Shown: piece by piece, positions 24,910-38,548 of the stretch
Numbering within the stretch: position 1 is the stretch's first letter
Layout of the letters: each line of letters begins with the position of its first letter
DNA from: Lama guanicoe
Lineage: Eukaryota
DNA length: 64,000 nt
Direction: 5' to 3'
Assembly: GCA_013239625.1 (NCBI GenBank)
Contig: MU055549.1
Coordinates: 992,001 to 1,056,000 of the forward strand
The notes under the pieces: generated by a model
What the model was told of the DNA's origin: nothing
Databases searched by the model: none
Seen by the model: the letters and a program-made list of their open reading frames with translations, nothing else
Translations under genes and position numbers: made by a program

Positions 24910-27166
24910 CCAGAAGCGGAGGCCCCGCAGCAGAGACGGGAGCCACCTCCCACGCCCGGCCAGCTGGCGGCCTTCCCTGGGCAGGTGCCGGCGGCAGTTC
25001 CTCGAAGCCTCTTTTCTGACCTGACCGCCTCGGGGGCTTCCTGTTTGGGCACCGCCTGTCCGACCCTCCGCCCGTCTCTGCACTGGACTCTTTCCTGTAA
25101 AAACTCTGTCTGTAGTTTTCCTTCATATTTTAGATGTTAACCGTCTGTCACAAACACACATCACAAATGTTCTCCAGTTATCTTCTGACTCTGATGATAG
25201 TATTTTTAGGCCACGTGAAATCCTTCAGTTTCATGAAGTAAAAATTTTCCATTTTTCATTTCGGAGTTTCTAAGTTTCCTATTTAACTTAAGAGGCTCTG
25301 TGCTGCGCCAAGTTATATAAATGTCCTTCAATTTCCACGCCACAAAACGTGGTAACTGGTTCTATGCAGCATTTCCACAAAACACACAGGATGGAAATGG
25401 CCGCCTCCTGCGCGTGCACCGCAGGCGCATTCTAAGCAGAACAAACCTCCCGGGAGAGGAAGCAGCTCCACGCGCCGCCCCCGGTGAGACCAAACGCCGC
25501 GCCCCCTCCCCATGCACGGCAGCCTGGCTCACCACCGCCAGGGCTTCTCGGACCGGATGGATGCAAACGCAAACGTGGTCCGTTCACTCAGGGGAGTGTC
25601 ACTTAGCCTCAAAAGGAAGGAAACTGTGACACGCTGCACTACGGACAAGTCTGAGGCCACTGCGCGCGGTGAAATGGGCCGGTCACAGAGGAACAAGTGC
25701 TGTCTGCCCTCATTTACACGAGTCCTAGAGGAGTCAAATCTGGGGATGGAAGGCGGAGTGGGGGCCGCGGCTGGGGAGGGGGACAAGCAGTCAGGGCTTC
25801 ACGGGGACAGGGTGGGAGACGGGTGCGGCAGCGGTCACACGGGGACAGGTAAGACGGTGAGTTCCCTGCTGCATGTATTTAACAGCCATCACCCAGCAGC
25901 TGCCACAGTCGCCCCCCGAGTGGGCGGGGCCAGGAGGAGACGCCCTCTCTGGAGCCACAGCAGCCTTGGGGCCGTGGTCTCCCAGGGTCCCCTGAACAGC
26001 CCCTCTGTGCCCGGGCTGAGGGGCAGCCTCGCCGCCACCAGAAGCGGAGGCCCCGCAGCAGAGATGGGAGCCACCTCCCACGCCCGGCCAGCTGGCGGCC
26101 TTCCCTGGGCAGGTGCCGGCGGCAGTTCCTCGAAGCCTCTTTTCTGACCTGACCGCCTCGGGGGCTTCCTGTTTGGGCACCGCCTGTCCGACCCTCCGCC
26201 CGTCTCTGCACTGGACTCTTTACTGTAAAAACTCTGTCTGTAGTTTTTCTTCATATTTTAGATGTTAACCGTCTGTCACAAACACACATCACAAATGTTC
26301 TCCAGTTATCTTTTGACTCTGATGATAGTATTTTTAGGCCACGTGAAATCCTTCAGTTTCATGAAGTAAAAATTTTCCATTTTTCATTTCGGAGTTTCTA
26401 AGTTTCCTATTTAACTTAAGAGGCTCTGTGCTGCGCCAAGTTATATAAATGTCCTTCAATTTCCACGCCACAAAACGTGGTAACTGGTTCTATGCAGCAT
26501 TTCCACAAAACACACAGGATGGAAATGGCCGCCTCCTGCGCGTGCACCGCAGGCGTATTCTAAGCAGAACAAACCTCACGGGAAAGGAAGCAGCTCCACG
26601 CGCCGCCCCAGGTGAGACCAAACACCGCGCCCCCTCCCCATGCACGGCAGCCTGGCTCACCACCGCCAGGGGTTCTCGGACCGGATGGATGCAAACGCAA
26701 ATGTGGTCCATTCACTCAAGGGAGTGTCACTTAGCCTTAAAAAGGAAGGAAACTGTGACACACGCTGCACTACGGACAAATCTGAGGCCACTATGCGCGG
26801 TGAAATGGGCCGGTCACAGAGGAACAAATGCTGTCTGCCCTCATTTACACGAGGTCCTAGAGGAGTCAAATCTGGGGATGGAAGGTGGAGTGGGGGCCGG
26901 GGCTGGGGAGGGGGACAAGCAGTCAGTGCTTCACGGGGACAGGGTGGGAGACGGGTGCGGCAGTGGTCACACGGGACCATGCTGCATATTTAACAGCCAT
27001 CACCCAGCAGCTGCCACAGTCGCCGTGATGTTCACATAGGCCCCCCGAGTGGGCGGGGCCAGGAGGAGACGCCCTCTCTGGAGCCACAGCAGCCTTGGGG
27101 CCGTGGTCTCCCAGGGTCCCCTGAACAGCCCCTCTGTGCCCGGGCTGAGGGGCAGCCTCGCCGCCA
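24910..27166 (+). repeat. Head-to-tail tandem duplication, unit about 1128 bp (24910-26037 and 26038-27166), containing an L1 3'-end remnant
   Basis: ccagaagcggaggccccgcagc...gggcagcctcgccgcca occurs twice. About 22 substitutions and several small indels. CCA microhomology at the junction. Confidence 0.95.
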
Positions 27167-28221
27167 TGAAGGGGCTGAGGGGACTCCCGGACTGGGCCTC
27201 GGGGGAAGGCGGAGGAGGTCTGCTCAGGTCGTGCGGCAAGGCCTGGACTGAGGCCCAGATCCCGGCCTCACATGGGCACCCTCGCCGGAGGCCCCGAGCC
27301 CACCACCCCAAGCCCCTCGCCTGTCCACCCGTGGTCAGCGCCCAGAGCAGGAGGCTGGCGAGTCGGGCACAGTGACAGCTGGCAACCGCAGGCCCCACGT
27401 GGCCAGCCCAGGGGCCTGAGGTGGGCGGGGCAGGGGTCTGGTGGGGTCAAGGGGCTGCCTGCAGAGTCCTGGCTGGAGGGCACATGTGGCCGAGGAGCCC
27501 GTGCAGGTCGAGGTCCAGAGCTCCCACACCTGCTCTGAAGACACGGACGGGGGCACGGCAGGCGAGGCCTCAGGCACTGTGGCAGGGAGAAGGTGGGCAG
27601 CAGGTAGGGCCCGGGGCCCCAGAGGGGAGACTTCATTATGACAGCCTTGCTGGGCCAGGGCTGCAGACATGGAGGCTGCCCGTGAGAGAGCAGGGGTGCA
27701 CGCCAGGATAGGTGTGGTGGTGACTGTCCACTGGAGAGGAGACGAGGCCTGGACGCCAGGACAGAGACGACTTGGGGAAAGCGGGCGCAGAGTGAGGACA
27801 GGCGAGGCCTCGGGAATGTCTGGGGGAGGGCAGGAGGAGCAGGCCAAGGCAGGACACGGACAGCTTCCCGAGGGAACAAGGTGGTCAGGGGGGCCCCAGG
27901 AGGGCACGGGGCAGCGACGCTCACTTCACAGCGATGCCCGGGCCTGGCCTGAACCCCCTGGGGGAGCTCCCAGGAAGCCAGGGGAGGGCACCGAGACTGC
28001 AGTGGGGTGGCCAGAGCCAGGGCGAGCGCAAGGTGCTGGGGGAGGCCCCCCTGGAGGCCTGTTTTCTGCCCGAGGTCACCTGCTGGCTGCATGACAGAGG
28101 CTGGCGGGCAGTCAGGCTTTGCGAGGCGGGGTGCCTCCTGCATCCGTGAACCTGGACCCTGGCACCCCTCACCCCAGCCCTCGGGACACACGGGGCACTC
28201 AGGGCAGGGCCCCCGACGTAC

Positions 28222-28318
28222 CACGTTCCTCTGCAGGGGCGGGAACCTGCTGAGCTCCCTCCTCCTACTCTTCATCACCCGGGTCTGCTCCCTCCACTCC
28301 TGCAGCGCTCTCCGGTCC
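28222..28318 (-). CDS. LRRC27: LRRC27 exon 8
   Basis: ttcccgcag|G, DRRALQEWREQTRVMKSRRRELSRFPPLQRNV, GTG|GTACGT. 97 nt. Confidence 0.92.
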
Positions 28319-30907
28319 CTGCGGGAACACGCATGATGTTAGCGTTTGCGTTAAGGGCAGCTGCATGCAAAGCTTTCGAGGATTTCTATCATTGTTTTGA
28401 GAGCTTCACACAAAAGCCCCAACTCCTGGCCCCTCGCCCCGAGGGCAGACTCGGGGATTCTGTGGGCTCTGAAGTGCACGCCTGGGCAGAGCGAGGCACA
28501 CCTAAGCCCGTCCCGCGCTCCCCGAGGGAGGCCGAAGCCAAGCCAGGCCCCCCCAGCCCCCTGCCTGGTGAGGCACCAGGGCCCTTTCCAGGAAGGCCCG
28601 GCCGGGTCTCGGCCATGCGCTCAGCATCAAAGGCTATAGGTGGTCACTGGTCTGCAGGCGGCCTGAGAGGGAGGCTGACTGTCCACTTCCTCTCAGGCGC
28701 CCAAGCTTCACCGAGAGCGTGAGCCTCGTCTCCCCTGCCCGGGCACCTGCAGCCGCACCGCTGGGCTCCCGGCAGCAACCCCCGAGGGACTCACCCCCCA
28801 CAAGACCAGGAAGCTTCTAGACTGAACAGAAAGCACACGCCTGCTCTGGCTGTGCTTACGGCTCTGGGATGGGTGGGAGGTCCTGGGAATCCTCGCGGGG
28901 CCCAGGGCTCCACCCCCTCCCACCTTGTGCTCTGGGTGCTGGAGGCCACCAGGCTTCCATCTGCCCATTTGAACCAACTCCTGCATCTTCCACAAGATTC
29001 CAGCACTCAGCCGAGCCCTCTGTCACATCTCTAACCCTGGCCACCACTCCAGACAGGCCCTGGCCTCTCCAGCCGCCTGCGTCCAGGCCAGCCGTCCTCA
29101 GGGTCACAGTCGCTGATTCTCCTGGGCTCCTTCCTTCTGATGCCTCCCAGCCGAGGGCCTCCGTCCTGTGCTCGGTGCTGAGGCAGGTCCAGGCTGAGGC
29201 ACGGGTTTTGGCATTTCCGGCAGAGGCCCAGGATAGCCAGGCACCCCCTCTGCACCCGTGAGGCTGCTTCCTGAGCCCCGGGTGCTCCCACTTGGAGCCG
29301 TGACTTCGTGACTTTGTGGGCAGTGCTCCCAGACATGGGGTCCTGCGTCTCTGCTGCCTCCTGGTGAGCGGCATGGGTGGGGTCCTTCAGGGGCACAGGA
29401 TGGTCTCGGGAGCCAACGGCGCATAGGTAACTGGGGAGCATGGAGAGTCCACAGAGTTGTGTAGAGGGGAGGCCACAGGACAGGGCCCCCCACACTGCCA
29501 CCAAGGAGGCCACAAACGTCACCTCAGGTCCCCATCAGAGACACCAGGAAGAGGGCCCTTGACAGCCCTTGGTGTTTCAGAGCTGTCCTTCGCAAAGGCC
29601 TCAGACCGTGAGAGGACGCACACTTTCTGCTCTGCCTCCCGCAGCCCTGCAGCTCCCCACCCCCGCTGCATGCCCACCCCGCCCAGGCACCACTGCCCTG
29701 CGCTTCCCTGCAAGTCGCCGGGTTGGGTCTGGCCTAGGCCGGGGGAGGAGGCTATGGGGGCGAGTGGGGCTCATGCACTCATCCGGGCAGCGGGGGATGG
29801 AGACGGGGAGGGGGGGCGGGCAGGCGCCACAGCAGTGTTTCAGAAAATGGCCTCGGCAAACAGGCAGAAGTGAGGAGGGAGTGGGACTTGAGGGTGCAGA
29901 GAGAGGTGGGGCTGTCGCACCTCGGGTCCAGGCCATGACCACACGGCACGTGCACCTACCCTGCCCTGCAGACTCATCCACCAGGGCCCGCAGGGGAGCG
30001 GCAGGTCACCTCCTCGCCCTGCAGCCAGGACCGGAGCTGAGGGACACTCTGGGGAGACTGTGGGGGTTGGCCTGCAGCCAATGACCAGAGTGACCTGGGG
30101 CAGCCAGGCCACACCTTCAGATCTCAGCCTCACTGTCAGCCGGCCGCACCCCTGCCGCTCGTGGGGCAGGGACCCTTCCTCTAAGGGAAGGGAACCGGAT
30201 TAGAAAAGCACGTCCCGTGTCGGGACAGCCCCGGTGGACGTCAGAACATGTGCTCCGTGAACAGCCTGGAGCTGCAGGGTCTGGAAGGAGAACACTCAGG
30301 TGGGAAGGTTTCAGGAGGTTTATTCACAAGGGGTGAAGCCCAGAGGCCGAGCAGGACCCTGCTGGGATAGCGGACAGTGGCCACCCCAGGCCTCAGGGAC
30401 GAGGGAAGGAGTGGCTGCTGGCACCCAAGAGACAGAAGCGTTGGGACGGCCAACGGCCACCGTCAGAGACTCAGCCGGCCCCAGGGGGCACTCACGGGTG
30501 GGCGGGGTCTTCACTCCCCCGCCCTCCCTCTCCCCCTCCCCTGACTGCCTGCAGGACCCCACACTGGCCAAATCCCACCAGGAGATGAGGGGCCCCCAGG
30601 CGCTGTGGGCACCATCCAGGCCGGCTTGCCTCCTGGGGCCCAGAGCTTGGCGGAGGTGCGTGGTCGGCGGAGCTGGAGGGCGGGGCACATGGTGAGGACA
30701 GCAAAGCCCCAGCAGACCCCAGGGGGCGGGGCGGGGGCGAGATCCACTAATGAGTGTTAATTTTAAGTAACTTTCGATAGAAAAGACCTGTAAGCAAGTG
30801 GCTGACGGAGACGAGGGCGCGTCAGGAAGACCCGGGGCAGCTGCAGGCGGACTGAGGCCACAGGAGGCGCAGACACTGCCGTGAGCAGACCCCCGGCCCC
30901 AACTCAC

Positions 30908-31054
30908 CTCCTGCGCTGCTCCGTCTGCACCTGCTTCTCCCGCAGCTCCCGGAGGGCCGCGTCCCGGCTCTGCTCCAGCCGGCAGACGTGCACCAGGGCC
31001 TGGCGCGAGGCGGCGAGGTCGGGCAGGACGCTCTTGAAGGAGGGCCTCTTCCCC
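30908..31054 (-). CDS. LRRC27: LRRC27 exon 7
   Basis: ctgcag|G, GKRPSFKSVLPDLAASRQALVHVCRLEQSRDAALRELREKQVQTEQRR, AG|GTGAGT. 147 nt. Confidence 0.93.
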
Positions 31055-31802
31055 CTGCAGTGACACCAGGCCTTCAGCCGGACCTCTGAGCAGGCCAGTG
31101 ACGGCAGGTGGCAGAGAGCAGACACCGAGTGGGGCGAGGCTTTGGGCCAGCTGCCCGGGGACTGCCTGCCAGTCAGGATGGTAGCCGCCCACGGAAATCC
31201 ACGGTACCCCCGTCCAGGGCCACCGAGCAGGGCTGGGTCAGATCTGAGGGCCTCCGTCCCACTCCCAGGCCAGGCCACAGGCGGACCTACGCCTGGGATG
31301 GGTGAAACCTGCGAGCTGGGGGGAGGCTCGCACTGACTTGGATGAGTTACCACCTCCGTTCACAACAGAGGCGGCAGGACCCTGCACCGGGACGTCGCAG
31401 GCCAGGGCAGCCAGAGACCTGCTCCGTGTGCCTCCAGGACCCCTAGGGCCACGGCCGGTTCATAACACCTGAATAGCATTTTACTTTGAAAATGTTTCAA
31501 ATCTAGGGAACAGGTGAAACAATAGTGCAAAAAACACCTGAACACCTCTCGTGCAGGTCACAGCTCCTACATCTGGCTGTCGATGCTGCCGACCCCGGCC
31601 TTCTGATGGGCCCCTCCCCACAGCCCCTCCGCAGGTTCTACCACAGACACGCGGGACGGGTGTTCACGCCGTCCGCAGGGCCACAGGCCAGAGTGACCGC
31701 TAAGATTCTGCCAGACCCCAAGAGCCAAGTTCTGTGCCCCTGGACATGACGTCGCCCTCCACCAACATGTGTTCTCTCTTGACATACATCCACACATGTG
31801 TG

Positions 31803-31829
31803 CACCACACACACACACACACACACACA
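31803..31829. repeat. (CA)n microsatellite
   Basis: caccacacacacacacacacacacaca. Confidence 0.9.
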
Positions 31830-32045
31830 GAGGATTTGAGGTTTTCTCTCGTGCAATCTCTTCCTCTGAGCCTGTTTCCTGGCCCCCGTGTTCGGCTAAC
31901 ATGGACCCTACACCAGGGCCGGCACCTGCTGCGTGACAGACACTGCAGTGTGGACGCACGTCTACCTGATGCTTCACAAGATCATCACAAGAACAGCACA
32001 ACTTTGCCCAGATGGAGAAGACACACCTTTGCGCTCAGACTTTAC

Positions 32046-32409
32046 CTGAACGCGGGTCTCGGGTCAGGGCGTGGCTTCTCCTTGGCACTCAGCGCGGCCT
32101 TGAGGTTTGGGGGCAGCTCCACGGGCAGCAGCTGGTTCTCCCGAACCCCCGCCTGCTCGTTCTCCACGATCTCCTGCCGCAGCTTCCAGAAACGCTGGAT
32201 TTCCTCCTCGCTCGGCCAGTCTTCCAACGAGTCGGCGGACCGTCCCAGCTCACTCAGGCCCAGCTTTTCAACAGAGGGGAGCAAGTCTGCCTCTGCTGGG
32301 CGCCCGCTTCCCACCGGCGCCTGGGAAGCGGCGGGTCCTCTGTTAGGCACACGCTCTTGGGACACAGCCGCCAGGGGAGGCGACGGTTCACCTCTGGTCG
32401 TCTCTGTCA
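32046..32409 (-). CDS. LRRC27: LRRC27 exon 6 (acceptor position inferred)
   Basis: Contains LSELGRSADSLEDWPSEEEIQRFWKLRQEIVENEQAGVRENQLLPVELPPNLKAAL. Donor AG|GTAAAG. The first phase-compatible AG after the pyrimidine tract is gtccccag|TG at 32410. Confidence 0.88.
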
Positions 32410-34531
32410 CTGGGGACGTCGACAGGGAACAAAACGCCTGCTCCATAAACTGCACTTCAACACAGCCCCCACCGCTCCCACCGCTCCCACCTCCGCACAT
32501 GGCCTCGCCTCCCATCTCTCAGCCGTCCCTCCGCGGGCTCTCCCTCCTCCGTCCACCTCCGAGTGTCCGAGTGCCCCGGGCTCCGGCCGAGCACCCACAT
32601 CGCTCTCCAGGTGACCCCTGCTGCCCCGCCTTCAGGCATGTGCACCGCCGACAGCGCCTCGTCTGTACTGCAAGCCCAGCTCTGCAGGGCCACCGGACTC
32701 CAGACAGGCAGCCAGCATGGGTGCACGCACAGCCAGCATCCACCACCTGGATCGGCCACCTGGTTCTGTACCGGACCTGTCCACCTCCATTCAAGCACCC
32801 ACTCAACTGCTCAGGTCAGAGCCGTGAGCCCCCCTAGGCTGTCCACGTCCCCGTGCCCACACCCTGTCTGCCGGCGAGGCTGTTGGCTCCACCTCCAAAG
32901 GGCACGCGCTCTGTCTGCCTGTCCTCTCCCTCCACCTCCTCCTCGCCAGCCCGGCTGCCGCCCCTGCCTCTGGAGATGCCTTCAAACAAGCAGCCGGCGT
33001 GACCTAAACGTGAACTGGTCTGCCCTGCCCTGCATGGTCCCCTCCCCAAGCCTCCATTCCTCCTGGGGGACGCCCGAGTCCTGGCCACGGCCCAGGGCCA
33101 GGGTCCTCTGCCAACAGCAACCTGACCTCACGGCCAGGCCCCCCGGGCGGCTCTGCCCCAGGCCCACGGCCTCCTCCTCAAACATGGCAGCTCGTTCCCG
33201 GCGGACAGTCTCTCAACCTGCTGGCTCCTCTGCCAGGAATGTCCTTTCCTTTAGGACCAGACTCAAATATCCCATCCACGGATCTACCCCGAGGGAGTGA
33301 CCGGAAGTGCCTCCCCTGTGCCCACCTCCTGCACCCCCAAGACAGGTCACACGGCGACACCTCCTTTCTGGCTTTGGGCTCAAATTGGAAAGAGAGAAAC
33401 TTTGTCCCTGGACACCCTTTCTGAGTAATGACGTTAAATTCTGATCTACAATTAAGAGATAAACATAAGCCTAGGAGAGTTCCTTAGCAACCCAGGAAAC
33501 TCATGATTCACAACAGTGCATCGAGTGCACGGAGCAGACTGCTGGCACCCGGCCCGTGCCCTCGGCCTCCGCTGTCCCCAGTGCGCGGGCGCCCGTGTCT
33601 CTGTCCCTGAGCACCTTCTCTGGCACAAGGAGGCAGGTCCGCAGGGCTGGAGAACCACGTGCTCACCACCAGGCGAGGCCCCACCAACAAAGCATCACTG
33701 GTGCTGGAGCAGGTGTCGGCCCGAACCCTCACCCAAGCGGGGCAACCCCCGGGCCTACCCCAGCACCAGCCCTTCTCAGACGCCACTGTGCACAGAATCC
33801 ACAGGGACCTCATGAAATGCACGGGCCGACTCAGCAGATCTGGGCCACGCCGAGAGGCTGGATGTGACCAGGTGAGGCCCAGCGGGGCCGCACTGCATCT
33901 CGGAGCCCCCGCAGGAGGAAGTGCCGGTGTCAGGGGCGAACCGTGCCGCCCCCCTCCTCCATCTCTCGTGCCTCCATGGCATTTCCCCCCACATCAACCA
34001 CTGGCCCTTGAGTCAGGAGCCGTTTCTCAGGGGCACAGGCTGAGACCATTTACAACATAGTCAGCTCTTCCCATGATGCACTCCTGAGCCACCTGCTCGG
34101 GTTCAGGACCAGACGAAGTGCACGCATCATCACTTCCTGATCACGCTGGCTGCTGCTGCTCATCTTAGCAAGACAGCCACTGGTCACACACTCACGCGGC
34201 GTTGCACACATGACCAGCCTGGCTGGCTGACTCGGGTGTGTGCGCTGCCTTCACTGCAGGAGCTACGTCTTAAGTAGTACAGGTTCAGACATTCTGAAGT
34301 CGACGTTCAGAATGCTTACCTTTCTGGTGCACGTTCAATTACAGCTCTCCTTTAGCTCTAGTTTACTTTAAGTATAACCATAATGCCTTTCAAGGTCAAT
34401 TATGTTATGAGTATTTGAAAGTGTCTGGCTAGTTGGCCACCATGTTGAAAACCTGGAAATGCTCGGTCGTTAATGGGGAGAAGACAGGCTCCTCGGAGCC
34501 CTGGTTCTAGAAAGCTCTAACTTCAGCTTTA

Positions 34532-34783
<252 letters not shown>

Positions 34784-37495
34784 TTATGCTAAGAAAAAAG
34801 CCTGTTGAGAATCTGGGGTGAAATGTTAATGACAAATGTCTGAAATTTGCTTGAGAAAAAAACCAACCGCCCTGTAGACGAAGACCAGGGCAGTTACAAA
34901 GTTCAACAAATAAAAGAAAAGCAATAAATAAACAGAACAAGCAACAGCCCTCAGGTAAAAACCAAAACACAAAGCTACCGTCATACACTCTCTGAAGGCC
35001 TCTTTTCAACAACAGGAGTCCCTACCGGCCAGAGCAAAGGGGGGTGGGACCCACACTCAGGGACAAGCAGCCCAGAGGCTGAATTTAGCCAACAAAGAGC
35101 TCAAAGCAGTCACTACAAGTATGTTCAAAGAAATTTAAAAAAAAAACCAATCTACTTAAACGGTTAAAGGGAAACACAGTTACGATAACTCAACGACGGC
35201 AGAATGCCAGCAGACACGGAAGCTGAAAACAAGCAAACAAAACCAACCGAAAGCAGCTCTGAAGCTGAAACTCACAAAGACGGAGGTGGACACTCACTCG
35301 TGGGACGCAGCACAGACGCGAGATGCGGAAAGAAGCATCACCTGATCTGAAGACCAGAGAGAAGAGATCACAGCAGGCGCAGCGGCTCCGAGACCTGAGG
35401 GACAAGCGCGAGCAGGTGACGGAACCCACAGGTAGCCAGGTGGGAGGGGGCGGAAGGAGCAGACAGGACGCCTGCGGAAACCACGGCCAAAACACCCAGG
35501 TTCGATGATAAGCACTAATGTATATGTTTAAGAAGCTTAAAGGGGTTCACACTTAGAAAAATCGCAGTCGAATTACTGAAAGACAAAGAAGAGAAAGGAT
35601 TTTGAAAACAAGTCGTCAAATAAAAGGACCGACAGCAAGATCAACAGCTGACTTTCTGTCCAAAACAATGGCGGCTGGAAGACAGTGGAACAGCGGCTCA
35701 AGGTGCTGGGAACCCTGCTCTTCAAGCCTCTGGACCCAGCAAAACCGACCTTCAAGTTACAGGTGAAATGAAGACACTCCAGAGCCAACTCAGAGAACGC
35801 AAACCAGCCCTAACGATGAAAAATGAGCTAGTGATTATCTCCCAGCCCCCCACCCCCAACACACACACACAGTCTCCAGCCCAGCTGAGGGCCACTGAAC
35901 CGAGCAGGTGCGCTCAGCAGCGAGCCTGGACACAGCAGAGGACAGGAGCTGTGCGCGCAAAGGCAGGCAGCAGAGAGCAGCACAAACGGGAGCAGAGAGA
36001 GGCCGGGGGGACAAGGGAGGGTCCGGGGCATCGGAGGCAGGATCCAAGTCTTAGCACACAGGGAACTGCAGTCTCAGAATGTGAGGGAAAGACGGCGAGG
36101 AAGACCCAAGTCACAGGAAAAAAGCCAGTTGGCAGGAGTTTCCCAAGTCTGACGACAGACATGAACAAACAGAGTCAAGGAGCTCAGCGAAGTCCAGCAA
36201 AGTGGACACAAGGAAAACCACACCCAGGCACCTCACAGACAAAGTGCTGAAAATTGAACAAAAGGAAGCATTTGAAAGAAGCTGGAGGAAAAAGACGCGT
36301 TGCTTGTGAACGACTCTCAGTGAGACTGCAGCTGACTTCTCAACAGACAACGCAAGTCAAGAGACGATAAAGACATTTTTAAAATAGTGAATGATCCCCC
36401 AAAATCTAGACTCCTGCACACGCAGCCAGAACGCCCTTCAAAATTGAAGGGAAGACCTGCCGTGACTCACTGCCCGCAGACTCGACGACAGCACGAAGGG
36501 CAGGCCTTCAGGCCGAGCAGTCGTCCCAGATGGAAGCGCGAAACTTCAAGAAGAAACGAGGAACCCGGAATGGTGAACACGCAAGGAAACAAACACACTT
36601 TACAAAGCGCCTCCTGGATTCACAAACTCACGTAAAAGCAAAATCCACGAGAACAGCAGCACAGAAGGCAGGGAGGCGGCAGCAGGGCGAAGAGCCTGCA
36701 CAGGTCTCCGTCTGGGAAGCGGTAAGACCAGCCTTCAGCTCAGGCGGGTGGGAGAGAGCCAAGGGCGCACACGCCGCCCCAGAGAAGCACGGAAACGCCG
36801 GCACAGACGGCGCGCGGGGCTGCGCCCCCACAGTGCTGGGTGTGCCGGCGCGCCAGCCAGACCGGCTCCCTGCAGACAACGAGGGGCCGGAGCGAACACG
36901 AGCACCTGCGGGCAGGAGGTCTATGACAGCAGGTGGAGCCAGCGGGGCCACAGCGCCGGGCGGGGATGGCGGAGACGAGGCCGGGTCTGGGGGGCTTCCT
37001 GTGAGCGAAGGCCCCAACTGCCGCCCGCACAACACAGAGAGAAACCTGCACGGCCGTGATGACTTGCAGGGCCCAGGACGGCCTTCAGAGCGAAAGCAGG
37101 AAGGGGTGCAGGCCAGAGGAAGAGGATGACAGGGGGAGCCCTGCCTTGTGCACGCAGTTGTGCAGGGTCTGAGCTGCAGGCGCAGGGACAGACCACCAAG
37201 CAGTGCGGCCTCGGCTGTGGGAGCCCAGCGGGATGTCACCTGCCACTCACCGCAGGGAGGCAGAGCCTGGGGTCAGTCCCCTCAATCTAGCTACTCGTTT
37301 TTAAAAACTCCGCACTCTAGAGAGGAACAGAACAGAAGCCAGCATCTCTGCGCGCATCCATCACAACGTCCAGGACACAGCCCCAAATCACTGGGTGCGT
37401 GGAGAAACAGGAAAACACGACCCATGTTTGAGAGAAGAGCAAACAGCACAGAACACCCTGCGGTAAGCCAAGTCAGCAGGCCAGAGCGGCACAGC

Positions 37496-37860
37496 TGTTT
37501 CGGGCTTAATCAAACCCCCCGAAGTCCTGACACCCAGTACCTCAAGACACCTCTGTATCTGCGGTGAGCCCTTACAGACCAAGTTAGAATGAGCCTGCGG
37601 GGCGGGACCTGATCCAGCCCGACCGGTGTCCCTCAGGGAAGAGGAAGACACACCGGGGACACGTGTGCACAGGGGACAGACATGTGAGGACACAGCGAGA
37701 AGGAGCCGCCTGCAAGCCAAGGAGTGAGGCCTCCAGAGAAGCCAAACCCCCGGGCACCTCGATCCTGGATCCGCAGCCTCCACGACCGTGAGGAAGTCGG
37801 TTCCGTTGTCTGAGCCGCCCGTCTGTGGCAGCTCTGGCCCAGGCAGCTCTTAGAATTACG
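37496..37860 (+). mobile_element. MaLR solo LTR (MLT1A/B-like)
   Basis: gaagtcctgacacccagtacctca...gcaagccaaggagtgaggcctccagagaagccaaacccccgggcacctcgatcctgga...gcctcca. Confidence 0.8.
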
Positions 37861-38330
37861 CTCAAGGAAACCTGTTTGTACCAAGTGGAAAAATGAGAGC
37901 TCTCAGCAGAAAAACGGGAGCTACTGTTTTCAGTGTGAAAGTCCCAGGCCTGAAAGCACCGCGCCTGAAGACACATTACCCAAACGCCCTCCCAGGGCAG
38001 CTGGAGGTGACGAGGCAGACTCGTGACCGCGATGGCACGCGTCTATCTTCTCTGAAGAACGTAAAAAGGACCTTTCAAAGTGTGCAGAGCCTCAGGGACC
38101 TGCAGGACAGTAACCAAAGGTCTAGCGTGCAGGTGAAAAGGGAGAGAAGCAGCAGAGAAATACTTGAAGAAACAGTGACCAACATATCTCCCAAATTCGG
38201 CAAAAGATACGAGTTCAAAAACTGAATAAACTCAACTAACTCCCAGCAAGATAAAGACAAAGATGCCGCCGCCTGGGTATATCACAGTCACACTGCTGAA
38301 AAGCAAAGACACAGGGAAGCCTTAAGACTA

Positions 38331-38548
38331 CGCTGACCCTCAACACAGGCTTGAGCCGCGTGAGTCCTCACACACGTGATTTTTTCCAGTAAACACGCAC
38401 TGTGGTACGACACGGTCGGTGGCTGGTTGAATCCATGGGTTCAGAACTGTGGACTTGGAGGGCTGACTGCAAAGCTGTGCTCAGACTTCCAACTGCACAC
38501 TCGGGTGGGTCGGGGCCCCACCCCCCCACGTCGTTCAAGGGTCAACTG
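38331..38548. mobile_element. Tigger2-family MITE (MER8/Tigger2a-like)
   Basis: Imperfect terminal inverted repeats cgctgaccctcaa...ttcaagggtcaactg, preceded by TA. Internal ggttgaatccatgg...ggagggctgactg. Confidence 0.7.

Noticed and set aside
27268-28278. 336-aa minus-strand ORF
   Set aside because: Only its first 19 or so residues belong to LRRC27 exon 8. The rest is read-through into GC-rich intron.
31734-32837. 367-aa plus-strand ORF
   Set aside because: Antisense shadow of LRRC27 exon 6 plus a CA repeat.
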